DNA of 33,980 bases from Catajapyx aquilonaris (lineage: Eukaryota), in assembly GCA_000934665.2 (NCBI GenBank), contig KZ539082.1:1-33980 (forward strand), written 5' to 3'. Numbering within the stretch: position 1 is the first letter of the stretch; the number at the start of each line of letters is the position of its first letter. The notes beneath the pieces are model-generated. The model was not told the DNA's origin. It did no database searches and worked only from the letters and a program-made list of their open reading frames with translations. A program made the translations under genes and the position numbers. Of this stretch, positions 12,401-23,400 are shown piece after piece.

Positions 12401-14729
12401 CACCCCATTTATGGGGGAGTTATGGCGCGACTTGTGTGTATAGAGTCGGGAATGGGAAATCAAGCCATACGCAGAAGCCTATTATAACGTGCCAAATAAC
12501 TCCGCCCTCGCTTCAATACTAATAACTCACATAAATATGTTTGCTGATATGATACATGGACACTGAATGTGCAAATAACGTTTATAATTTCGGTCGTTTA
12601 TAATTGGTACGGATATCCGTGAATGGTGTTCGGGTATATTGCACTAAATCTACCCCATTATCAGATAAATTTGTTTCTGTCCTATACAAATCCCTGGCGG
12701 TCACCATCAGAAGAGCTTTACAATATTGGGGAGGTTTACGCAGCATGATGCTCGTGTGAACCACATATACCATGCCCTCTGGAAGATGGACAGCCCAGAA
12801 GAGCTCACTTGTTATGCCACTTTTTAAAGCCCATTGTTTTGCTGAAAGTGCGATAAACGTATCTTCCGATTATTGTCACCGCCACGTCCGCTGATTGACA
12901 ACTTTTGTGTTTCGCCTGCTGTTCCTGCTCACAACCTGCTGGCATGACTGACACTTTTGTTACACCATGGATCAATCTAACTCCCTGTAATTCGTTCAAG
13001 GAAGCGTACAATACTCAGGCCATCACACGTCAACCAACAATTCCTGGAAAGGTACTTCCACATAATATTGTCCAGGAGGCGCCACCGTTGGCAGCGGCGC
13101 CCTCTCCAAAATAGCGTCAAAATGCGTGAAAACTGCTATACTCCCCCCTCTATGGGTGAAGCCTGTTTGTCGAAAATGACACGCACGTGATTGGTCTCCT
13201 AAAACTCTTGAAGTAGCCCATGTAGAGAAAGCGCCTATTTTGCGATCAGTGTTTCCCAGGAGGGGGAAAGAGGAAGAAAGCGAAAAGAAAGGAGGCGTGC
13301 CGCGTGCGCGTCCATTTCAAAGGGTATTATGGGATTTTGAATGGCTACGACATTGGAAAAGTAATCAGAGGGACACTCGGCACTTGATCGGCCAAATCGA
13401 TCGCTTACAGTACAAAAGCGAAAGGGGGAAAGAAGGGAGACGTAAAGTGCTTCGGAGGAACGTGGCCCATTGCTATTGTTGTTCCCACCTCGCCTGCTGG
13501 TCTTCCCCTCATCTTCTCCCTCCATTTTTTTCTTCTTCTTCTTCTCGTCCCCCTTCTGCTTCTAACGACGTCTCGCGCAAAGAAGACCAAGTCAAATGAG
13601 AGGGTTACGGGGATATAATCGGCATGGGAGGACGGAAGGAGAAGTAATTAAAAATTGCGAAGTTTTACGGTTTTTGGCCTTTCTTTCGTTTCTCTTTGAA
13701 GAGGAATGTAATATGAAGTTGTTTTTTGAAACATTGGGAGAGTGAAATTAAATTGACTCCCGAGTGGGGGGAAATGACGAATTTTCGGTCTCCGTTTTGG
13801 GTGGATAGCTTCTTCTTCTTCTTCTTTTTGGCATGTTGACCCTACGTGTCACTGATTCACCACATAAACACCGCAGCACACCTGTGCAAGAAATATGAAG
13901 ATGTTTTTATTGAAATTCTCCATCTTTGATTCACCATGTATGCACGCATAAGAAAATAAAGTATAATTCCGGTTCTTTTCCTTGAAAGGAGAAGAAAGTT
14001 GTATTGTTACGCTTGGTTTCTCATGTGTGCAGTTCTAACTGCCGCGCTACTGTATATCAAACAAAACTGGGAAGGAAATTCCAGTGCTTTGCGGCTCGAT
14101 ATGCCCTATAATTTAAACTTCCAGAGACTGTCCTTTCTCAATATTTACGAGGAATGAAAATGACATAAGAAGTTGGTGTTCTCCTTTATCACAAATATTA
14201 CTTGCGTGACTGAATTTGTAAGCATTTTTATTAAAATGAGTAGCTTGGACTTGCATGTACCTGACAGAATTAATGTAAGTTACAAAATAATGGTATCTTC
14301 CATCATCATCATTATGATCAAGTGATCAACTATTATAGTTAGGCTAGTTGGTTTTTCAGTGGAATATGCACCATCTCCGTAATTTTATTATCAAGAAATA
14401 AATATAGTTGATGAACCACGGCTTTGAAACACAAAACAGCACACTGATAATATACCGTATTGAACAGAGTCCACAGAATTGTTGTCATCCATAATTACAC
14501 AGGACAGTGAAAGTCAAAAAAATGTAATCACAATGCGTAACGGAAATATAATCTTGGAGACTTGTAATCATATGGCGAACCGCAAATTTAAGAAAAAGTT
14601 AATATGGGACTAGATCACCATAAGTGCATGTTTTTACAAACTCAATTTGAGATCACCAGCGCCGCCAACCCAATGATTTTTTAATATTCTAACAAATCTT
14701 ATTTTCGTGCAAGTGTGTAATCAGGTCTC

Positions 14730-14879
14730 GGTGTGTTCACAAGCTCGCGAAAAGCGCCTTCTCGCCACGCTTTTTGGCAGCGAGTTGCATCCCATTATCT
14801 ATAGCAGCGTGGGCCAATGGGCTGCAACTCGCTGCCAGAAATCATGGCGAGGACCTTCTCGCGAGCTTGTGAATGCATG
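14730..14879. mobile_element. Palindromic MITE-like element, probably PIF/Harbinger type
   Basis: Arms 14736-14796 and 14816-14873 are reverse complements. They include two perfect 15-bp blocks (ttcacaagctcgcga; tggcagcgagttgca) around a 19-nt loop. The ends ggtgtgttcaca / tgtgaatgcatg resemble CpG-decayed GGTGCGTTCACA Harbinger-like TIRs. No TSD seen. Confidence 0.65.
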
Positions 14880-15059
14880 TTTTAAAATGCGAGTTAGTTG
14901 CCATGCAACATGTAAACTGCAAGTCTTGACGAAGCGCAATAGAAAGAAAGGAAATCTAGGGTTCCACTAACGAGCTGGGTAGAAGCCGCGTCGCGTCGGT
15001 CGGTCCTTTGGTAGAAAATGAAATCAATCCCCTCTACCCAACCCACCCCTTCACAACAT

Positions 15060-16290
15060 AAAATGTGCTCCGGGGTCCGATGCAGATGAAAAGCAACACC
15101 GTGTATAAGAGTCTCTCGGATTTCCCAGAGAGCAGTTCTGGCTTGTCGCCCATAGCCTTCCTGGCTTTCCAAAATCGCGGGCAATTTGAGGGGGACCATG
15201 AGCGAAAGAAAAGGAAAAAAGGAAAGTATAGTCTGGGGCTGTGCAGTGTCGTCCTGCCCAATTGGGGAAGGCCCTTAATGGCAAATTGCGTTTTAGCTGT
15301 GGGGGAAGGGTGTGGTGAGGATAGTTGGCCAGAATGCTTCAGCTCCCCCGGATTCCATGCTAAGAAACAAGGGCCATATTCCGTGGGGGCTCTAATCATG
15401 GGTCCTATACTCTCTCGCACTCTCCCCCACACCCTATTCCAAAATGGCTTCTCTGTGATGCTGGCATAACTGCGAGGAGCTAGGAATAAATTGTTATTGC
15501 CCGGATGCCGACTTGAAACCTTTTCCTCCAAAGCACAGGCTTTACGCTTGAAAAACCCTCGAGTAGTTTACAGGATTGTTGTCTTGCGAAGCACGCACCA
15601 CTTTATTTGCTGATGGAGAACTGTAGGCTTTAGGCTGAGAGAGATCTACCAGTTTAGAGAGAATTGCGTAGGCTACGTGTTACATCAGCTTTGTGGAGCC
15701 TATGCAGAAGTAGGAGTTTGTATTAGAATGATGCTGGCTTGATGAACAGACATTGTGCCCTTCTGCTTGGCCAGTTTCGGATCATTTGCAAATGTAATTA
15801 AGAGACGTGGTTTATAAGCGTGGGCTACTTACACCGCGTCAGCTGGGGCTGACTTTGAAGGCTATTGGACATACTCGGATGTATTTCCCAAGGGTTCACT
15901 GTTTCTGCTCGATATACTGGGCACTTCCACAGGATACGCAATATTTGCTTTTTGAGTGCGAACGGTGTGCCTATGATTATCCGAGGTGAACTGAATTTCG
16001 CATAATTTGATGCTTTGGTTCCGTATCACATTGCAGAGACACATCCAGCAGGATTTTGTTCATGGAGTAGTGGTATTACAAAGTTGGGGCCTTCCTTTCG
16101 CGTATCTGCTTTCTATATGTAGTTCTATAATGCCCCTCTCTCGTTTCCACTTGCTAAAGCTAACAAGGTAGCGAACAAGACACTGTGCAAGAATTATCAC
16201 ATTTTATGCAATTGTTTAAAACATGAATGAGTGTTTTAAAAAGGTCTTCGAGAGAGAATATTCATACATTCAAGACAAATTAAAAATAAC
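15060..16290 (+). mobile_element. Decayed Tx1/L1-like LINE ORF2 3' portion
   Basis: P*PSWLSKI...SCPIGEG (PP...I...LP..EGG), VYKRGLLTPRQL...HCFC...QDTQYLLFECERC (zf-RVT, ET..HL.FEC), LAKA..., followed by an A-rich end near 16280. Confidence 0.55.
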
Positions 16291-16899
16291 ATTATAAAAT
16301 ATATAATAAACATAGATAATACTGTGCCATATACTGTAACAAAGTATAACTATTCTAGTAGCCTAATTTTGCTATGTAATCCACAGCACCTTCCTGAAAT
16401 AAAAGGACCAATTTACTGCAGTATAGATAGACCAATTCATTTTAAGAGATTAAGAGTGGTCCCTGGATAACTATCAGTTCGCGACGACTGCTCCTGATGT
16501 AGGCCTGTAGGCAACCAGGGGAAACTATGCCTGTGAAAATAGCTATCCAGACTGAGAATTATAATGGCCTTAAAAGAATTTAAAAGTTTTTCTGGACCTC
16601 CTCCAGTGGAAATTTCATTTCGTGTTGTTTTGTATTCGAGCAATGTGAAACAAATAAAAGGAAAATCGGAAACAATGAACTGCCTCTTTTCCATTTTTAA
16701 TGATCACCTTCACTGTAGTCCTCGTCACGATTTTGACTTCTATATTTGCACAAAGTGCATGCACCAGTGCATCGTGACCCGGAAGAGGTTCCGGCTCCTG
16801 CATAAGATTATCCCTCTCTATATTTTGTCATCCACCCGCAATATAATACAGAAGCCTTGCTTGGCGTGCACTTACTGCAACTTTATTGGCTTTAATTAC

Positions 16900-17520
16900 G
16901 ATAATAAGAACTCCTCTTTACCTCCCACCCTGATACCTGACCAGTTAGTTCCCACAATCTCATTAGGTTTGTTCCGTAAACGAGAAGCCCTGGAGTTTCC
17001 CTCGAACCCTCTGTATGTTGTAAAAGGGGCCGCCGCTGTCACTGGGAAGAAAAATACTTGTCGGCGCAAGAAGCTCCAGGGCGGAAAAGAAATGGTCTGT
17101 CGGAGCTTCTTAGGGCATCGTTGATCTTCTGCAGTAAATGCGACGTATCGACTTTGGCCACCTAGTCAGAGTGCATCACTAGAAGAGGGGAGACCATGTT
17201 CTATTCGGGTGGTTTCTTCATGGCAACCTCAACCACCTGATGTTTCCATCCATTGATTTATCAACCCTCTATTACGTGGACAGTGGAGAGCTCTAAATGT
17301 CTGGAAAGATGTCACTTCTGGGAGTCCCTTTCAGAGCAAGACAGTTGCAGTCTTCAATATTGAAGGCGCGTCACGAAAAACAAGTCCACTAGGAAATAAG
17401 GCCCATTTTGAGGCGGAACACGCTACAGGCGCCAAAGCCATCGATGTCTCCCAAGTGAAAGTCGCAAGAGACGTCTCGGAGAGATACGCTTGTGCAGTGG
17501 TGGCCCAGTGCAAAATCGAC
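16900..17520 (-). mobile_element. Decayed Gypsy integrase core fragment
   Basis: Minus strand EHGLPS / VMHSD*VAKVDTSHLLQKI, matching R.G.P..IHSDQG..F.S.L.Q. It is preceded by a PEV...DI-like segment. Confidence 0.55.
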
Positions 17521-18619
17521 TCTCTCCTCTTTGCTCTAGGTCACCGGGTGTGACAATGGTGGCGGGTCAAGAGCAGCTATCAGGGGTGGATCTGGGATTG
17601 TGACAGTTGAGTTCCACCGCTGCAGGAAAATTACGAGGCGTCACTATATTTTGGGGAGGATAAACTTAGGAGGAAATTAATGCTCCGGAATTAATCGCCT
17701 GATGAAGATGGGCGTCTAAAAAGCCGGCAGTAAATTTTATGGGATGTGATGATTTACCTAATTACATGTCGACACAGTGAACTGTTAACTGTAACCTTAG
17801 GGTAATATATTTTTCGATAATTATGTGGTATTTTAAATCCTGAACATATTAATTTACAGCCACATATATTCATAGAATTTGTTTGCTTTGCGTCAAAAAA
17901 GCTTTCGCTCTACTTTAAAGGCTGAATGAAACTTCTGATTATCGTCAGTATGTTAGCAGTTATATAAATATTTCATCTTTCCCAGTATACACTACAGGTT
18001 TCTCATCTTCATCTGCGTTGCTCTGGCAAGAGGGTTCAAGAAAAAAAAGTAACGATACGTTAGCAGAGCAAAATATGCGCCCTGTAAACACTAGTTTTAG
18101 AACTGGAAATATGGAGTGTTTCTAAAACGCGAGGAAAAGACAAATAGCATGTAAATAGCCTATTCCTACAGAAGAACTCTAGGGCAACGTGTTATAAAAT
18201 GTGGGTAAAGAAGCTTTTTATTTTATTGGTATTATACATTTATATACAATGTCAGAAGATGCAATCATGTGGCATTGTTTTTCATAAATATTTGTGCCTA
18301 CTGAGTCCGATGGCACTATAGTTAGATCATTATAGGGATCCTGGAAATTTCAAAGTGCGAGAAAGTATTGGTACGATATAATTATTATGGATGACCCATC
18401 TTTCTAATTTTTTGGTCCTCTTGCCAGAAAGAATGAAGACGACCCAATGAGAAATTATTGTCTTTGCGATAAGGTTCCTCTTTGGTCAAATTCAAATAGT
18501 GCCATGAAAGCCCGCATTTGTATAGCTGATACTTGACCCTCCCCCTTCCTTCCATCTATCCTCCACCCCCTACCATCCTTTATAATTACTTGCAGGGCTT
18601 TCATAAAACTCAGCCGTCC

Positions 18620-19450
18620 GTATAACAGTTTCAAAGTGCCCACACTCGTGCTCTCGACAGCTTCACCTAGATTAAGCTTTGTCATGTTTCTTTATGAAAA
18701 GTAAAAGCGAACTTGAGATTCCCTGTAAGCAATTAGGTGATAATGGAATGTCCTAAGAAGGGGGAGAACATCACAAACTACTGAATATTTATGAACATGC
18801 TCTCGTAACTGGGGAGCACATTTCACCAAAAGTGACCACTGTATAACATCAGCTGGATAGTTGCACTGCCGAATGGACTCTCCCCAAGGGTAGTGTTCCG
18901 GTATCCCAGAGATTCTCCCTTGAAGACAGGCGTTTTCTTTCGGGAAGACGGATAGCAGTACTTGGTCTTTTCGTGGAAGGAGGTTAATGAGGCATTAAGG
19001 CAATCGAGAAGAAGAAGCCTGCTGGGGACGGCAAGGAGATACCTCAACCGACCACTCCCAGGATCATCTCTCTCTCTCCCTCTCCGTTGCCAGCTTATCT
19101 GCAACACTATACAACTGGCTACTGAATACGGCATTCCGACGTTGATTGCAACGCACAAGTTGCATAGTCCATGACTTGCTAGGCTGTAGATCAGTTGATG
19201 GTGCTGCACTTGCCAAGGGTTCATCGTGGAGATTTTTATGACGAAACCGTTCATTTCTTACCCGCTCTTAAAGCACCAGCATCGCTTTATAGCGCAGTAA
19301 GGTCTTAATAGCACCACTCGTTTGGATCTGGAGTGTAGGCGAGTAATAAAGTCAGTGAAGAGAGCACTTGATTCCGATGGTCAAATAAAATGAAATTAGT
19401 TCCTGGCTTGCGCATTCCTTCGCTGACTGATAACAACTTGACACTCTGTC
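18620..19450 (+). mobile_element. Decayed RTE-clade LINE RT fragment
   Basis: FKVPTLV...SPRLSF (F.V..GVRQG..LSP.LF), LLNIYEHALV...HQLD (L.YADD.AL...Q..LD), QYLV...EVN...SLSLPLRCQLICNTIQLATEYG (KYLG..EI...LSL.LK.RL...LLYG.E), in the correct order. Confidence 0.55.
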
Positions 19451-19679
19451 TCCAGGATACCGCATTGCCATCCAACAATGAATTCTGCAAGTGGTTTACA
19501 GGCACATGGCCACCCAGCAAGCATTGGGAATCTTGGGGTCTGTATCGACGCGCCAGACGCTCACATATCAAGGCTGGTGTACGCCACCTACACCTGGATT
19601 ACGAAAGAAGAAGAAAACATTCGCAATTTTGAAGGACTGGAGAGAAAATGAAGAAAATATATGCAAAGAAATATAGTCG

Positions 19680-19840
19680 ACCAGACACCTATGTCACGTG
19701 GTATATGGACGACCCCTTAGGTCCTGAATTCGATTCCCTGTTAGGACAGAGGAATCTCTCACGTGCTGGGAAAAGTTTCGATGGGCTCTCTCCGTGTTCG
19801 GTTCAGTCTGGGTTCTCATGTTCCCTCACCACAACAGCAG
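19680..19840 (+). mobile_element. tRNA-derived SINE-like copy (degenerate)
   Basis: aggtcctgaattcgattccc (B-box-like), followed by gggctctctccg...gttccctcaccaca, which resembles the GGGT..CTCCGG..TTCCTCCCACA body of vertebrate SINE2 elements. Confidence 0.35.
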
Positions 19841-19961
19841 TCAATGAGTAAAGTATTTCGTACTACTATAGTTACGCCGCGCCTTCATAAGGGCAGCATG
19901 GTGGTGGTCGGAGTTTTAAAAGACGATCCTTAAAAGGCCAGAAGTATAATAATCACAATTA

Positions 19962-20015
<54 letters not shown>

Positions 20016-20027
20016 TAATAATAATAA
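19962..20027. repeat. (AAT)n microsatellite
   Basis: Directly visible, with one interruption. Confidence 0.98.
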
Positions 20028-20058
20028 GGATACCGAGTGATAGACCTCTGGCATTGTA

Positions 20059-20080
20059 ATGATGATGATGATGATGATGA
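20059..20080. repeat. (ATG)7 microsatellite
   Basis: Directly visible. Confidence 0.95.
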
Positions 20081-21286
20081 CGCAAAGTCCCTGCAGGCGG
20101 TTGGTCCTGCTAGTGAGAATTTATTCTCCTATGGGTTACATAGTTACTTGTTGCTGGCAGGAAGTGGTAACTTTTGCAGAAGGACCCAATGGAACAATTG
20201 AAAGCTACTGACGTATCTTCAAGTTCCATTATTAGACTGTCTCTTTCAGTCGCCAACTTTCCTGATAACCCTCGTCATTGCGAAAGGTCTTTTCATTCAT
20301 TCATTGGGACCTTACGTAGGCTACTGTACATGCCGGCCTTTGTTGTCGGTATTGCTCAAGTTCTCCGATAATAATAGCCGCGGCATCCAACAAGTTCGAT
20401 AAGTCCTTTTGGTCTGAACTCCACCAGCACACTATGAGTCACCCTCCCGAATGCATCACCTGGACTGCACGGGTCAATCCACATCTTTGCCTTCCAAGGA
20501 AGGAAGAAGGTCGAGCCGGGTGTTCACACCACGTGCGGCAGTAGTTGGGGTGGATAGTTGCAGTGTTGCACGTGCCCCTAGCAGAGGGTCTGGGCTGGCC
20601 ATACGCTCGCTCAAGAGCCGGTGGGTGACGCATCGCCTTCCCTTCTCTTGCTCTGCTCTGGCTGGATTCTCCCCTCGGCTGCCATGATGATATCGAGCGC
20701 TGGCGGCCAGGCAGGGGCGGACCGACCCTGCTGCTGCCACCACTGGTCCTCCTCTCCACCTCCTCCCCCTGGCAGCCAGCTGGCGTCGACGGCGTCGTCG
20801 GCGTCCTAGTCGACTCCCTAGCATCCGATCAGACTGCACCTGCTCCGACGCTGCTCTGCCTACCCGTCTTGTGCCTGCCATGCTCTGCCACTACTAGTCT
20901 GGCTTGCCACGACAGCGGGCTTACCGGGAAGTCATGGCTTATGGGGTGAGTGACAGTGCAGTGACTTGTGTGGGGGTCATGTCACTTGGTCACTTGTGAC
21001 ATGTCAGTGTGGTAGTGCCCTGGGCCACATGTCTGCAGTGGTGTGTACTTGTTAGGGGGGGGATAACTGGTGTTTGGCAGAGTTGTGTCAACAGTACTAC
21101 ATACTGTTGTCAGTAGTCGGTACGGTGTGTTTGCAAGCATTGCAATTTGGGGTGCAGAGTCGGTTGCACCAGCGTCTGTGAGAGTGGTGGCTTGTCAACT
21201 GTTAGCAAACTTTACAAACTTGTGTGAGGGTAACTTTCTGGCATTCTGTTAATTTCATACCACAACTATTCTCTCCCTGACAGCTG

Positions 21287-21302
21287 AATAATAATAATAA
21301 TG

Positions 21303-21334
<32 letters not shown>

Positions 21335-21349
21335 CAAGAACAACAACAA
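21287..21349. repeat. (AAT)n grading into (AAC)n microsatellite, possible SINE tail
   Basis: Directly visible. It lies 3' of the minus-strand SINE. Confidence 0.95.
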
Positions 21350-21419
21350 AAACCGCATGACAGGTCTATTAGGAAAGCTGCCTTACTTTATTGAAATGTT
21401 GCCCTGCTGATGAATTTTG

Positions 21420-21554
21420 ATAGTAGGAGAAAACTGAGATAAAACCCACACAGGCACAGAGAACCCATGAATTTTTTTTTGTACTTGTTTTATCTAGGGG
21501 TCAATCTCAGGACCTCGAAGGTCACAAGTGGCTATAACCATTACACCACCATGC
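21420..21554 (-). mobile_element. tRNA-derived SINE (V-SINE/HE1-like head and body)
   Basis: Minus strand gcatggtggtgtaatggtt (A-box-like TGGTGTAATGG) ... aggtcctgagattgacccc (degenerate B box) ... ttctctgtgcctgtgtgggttttatctcagttttctcctac, resembling the V-SINE-type TTCTCCCCGTGTCTGCGTGGGTTT...CCGGTTTCCTCCCAC. Confidence 0.6.
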
Positions 21555-21879
21555 ATGTATTCCAGCAGATTCCCGATATCTAGAGAAACTATTGTATTTC
21601 TTTTTATTGATGGTATTCTGCTGGTTGGTCGACACCGTGTTTGAGGCCATGTGAGTTTGGGATGGGTTTTTCTCGTTCCCCCAATAGAAAGTGAAACATT
21701 ATTGATTTTTAGGCTAAAATATTCATGAATGCTAAATTTAAAAACTTCATTGTCAGTCGATATTTAACATGCTATTTTTTCATGGACAGTATTAACCCAG
21801 ACGATTGTTGCCAGTGACTGGCAGTCCTTGCAGCGAAACAAAATATTTCCACAACAGTAAAAGTACAACCAATAATTCC

Positions 21880-23400
21880 ATTAGTGAACCAGTGCTCACA
21901 GTCCTGTATTGGGGAAAACAAGGAAGTGCTATAATCCTATGATGAATTTTATTGCAGAGAGGGATATGGGGCTGTGCTAGTCATTAGCTGCTGTGGGTCC
22001 AACAAGCAGTATTGTAGTGGTAGCCAATATTTCCAAAACCAACAGCGTTGAATGGCCCTGCCACCGTCACAGGAATTGGCTGGCCGTTGCCACTGAATTC
22101 ACGTTTGTGTCGCATGGAAGCAGCAGGGTCCCAATTACACACAATTTCCTAAACCCATTGTGATGAGATAAAATTCGTACCATTTTCTGCCAGATAAAGT
22201 GCAGCAGTTAAGACATTTGATATGAGTCCAAAATAAGTGGAGTGAAAAATGGCACAAGGCCAAATGTGCATTCCAGAGGGTATTGGGGCCTACTTTTTCG
22301 AGTTGACAGAATTAGAGAAGGCCTGGCGAGGAAGTTACAACAACAAGAAGAAAAAAAATAGTCGTGTCATTGATGCACAAAGGGATTCTCTTTCTGATGG
22401 TACTATTCCAGACAAACAAAACCTTGGGAGGTTTGGTGAGAAAATCTTCTTCGTCATTTCCTGTGTTTGAATGAAACTGGTTCCTGCCTCAGGATGCTGA
22501 GGACTAGAAGCGTGACCAGTATGCCCAACCCTGCCCTTGAAATATAAAAGGGGGTGATTGTGACCCACTAGACAACCCCGCTGGGGTCACTGTTCTGCAA
22601 CAATTATACCAAATTCCTTTCATCACCACATTGATGCAAAGTGCAAAACTATGCGTTTAGACTAAAAGTGGAAGAAATTTCATTTTTGCATTCCACCGTT
22701 GCCCCGGTCGGTCTGCATGTACACCACGACCCGGCAGCTGAAAATGGCCAATTTGGGACATGTTACATGTTGCAGTGGAATTGACCAATTTGAACTGTTG
22801 CCGCCGGCCAGTGCGAATAAGCTGGGGATGAAATTTTGCTGTGGGGGGAATGGTAGGGGGGGGGGNNNNNNNNNNNNNNNNNNNNNNNNNNNNNNNNNNN
22901 NNNNNNNNNNNNNNNNNNNNNNNNNNNNNNNNNNNNNNNNNNNNNNNNNNNNNNNNNNNNNNNNNNNNNNNNNNNNNNNNNNNNCCCCCCCCCCAGTCTC
23001 TTCTCAAGCGTTATTAGCAGTCGCCCGGAATCGTTTTATAAGTTTTGGGCGATGAGCGAGCCTGAGGAGAAGACGAAAAGAAATGGCCGTCGCTGATGGG
23101 ATTATATCTGGTCGGGTGATCAAAATATATGGGCTTGATATTGGAAGGGAGTCCCGGAGAAGGCAACAATGGGCCGGAGTTGTCTACATAAATACCAGGG
23201 CATGAATGAAGAAAAGTGCTTGGGGTGGGAATTATCACGGTGTTAAAACCGGTCCTCGGCCATCTTGTTTGCCCCCAAACAAACAACGCTCGGTTAATCA
23301 ACGTAATGTTTATTGGTGACCATTGCGGATCGAAATAGTCGCAAAACGGTATTGCGTTTACAATGGCTCCACAGGGTGCTTAGGTTCGAAATTGCCGCCC
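21880..23400 (+). mobile_element. Decayed Ty3/Gypsy pol (RNase H - integrase), spans gap
   Basis: EGYGAVLV (G.GAVL), VVVANISKT...WLAV (VAY.S.T...E.LAV), EEISFLH...(HHCC-like), NNGPELST...KVLGVGII...PQTN (DNGPEF.S...LG....HPQTN). Confidence 0.6.
22866..22984. other. Assembly gap flanked by poly-G (22856-22865) and poly-C (22985-22994)
   Basis: Run of N directly visible. Confidence 0.99.

Noticed and set aside
16564..17124. 186-aa plus-strand ORF
   Set aside because: No recognisable domain, and it overlaps the antisense strand of a Gypsy integrase fossil.
20474..20881. Arg-rich 135-aa ORF as a real gene
   Set aside because: Several overlapping ORFs on both strands are expected from high GC content. 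No domain recognised.
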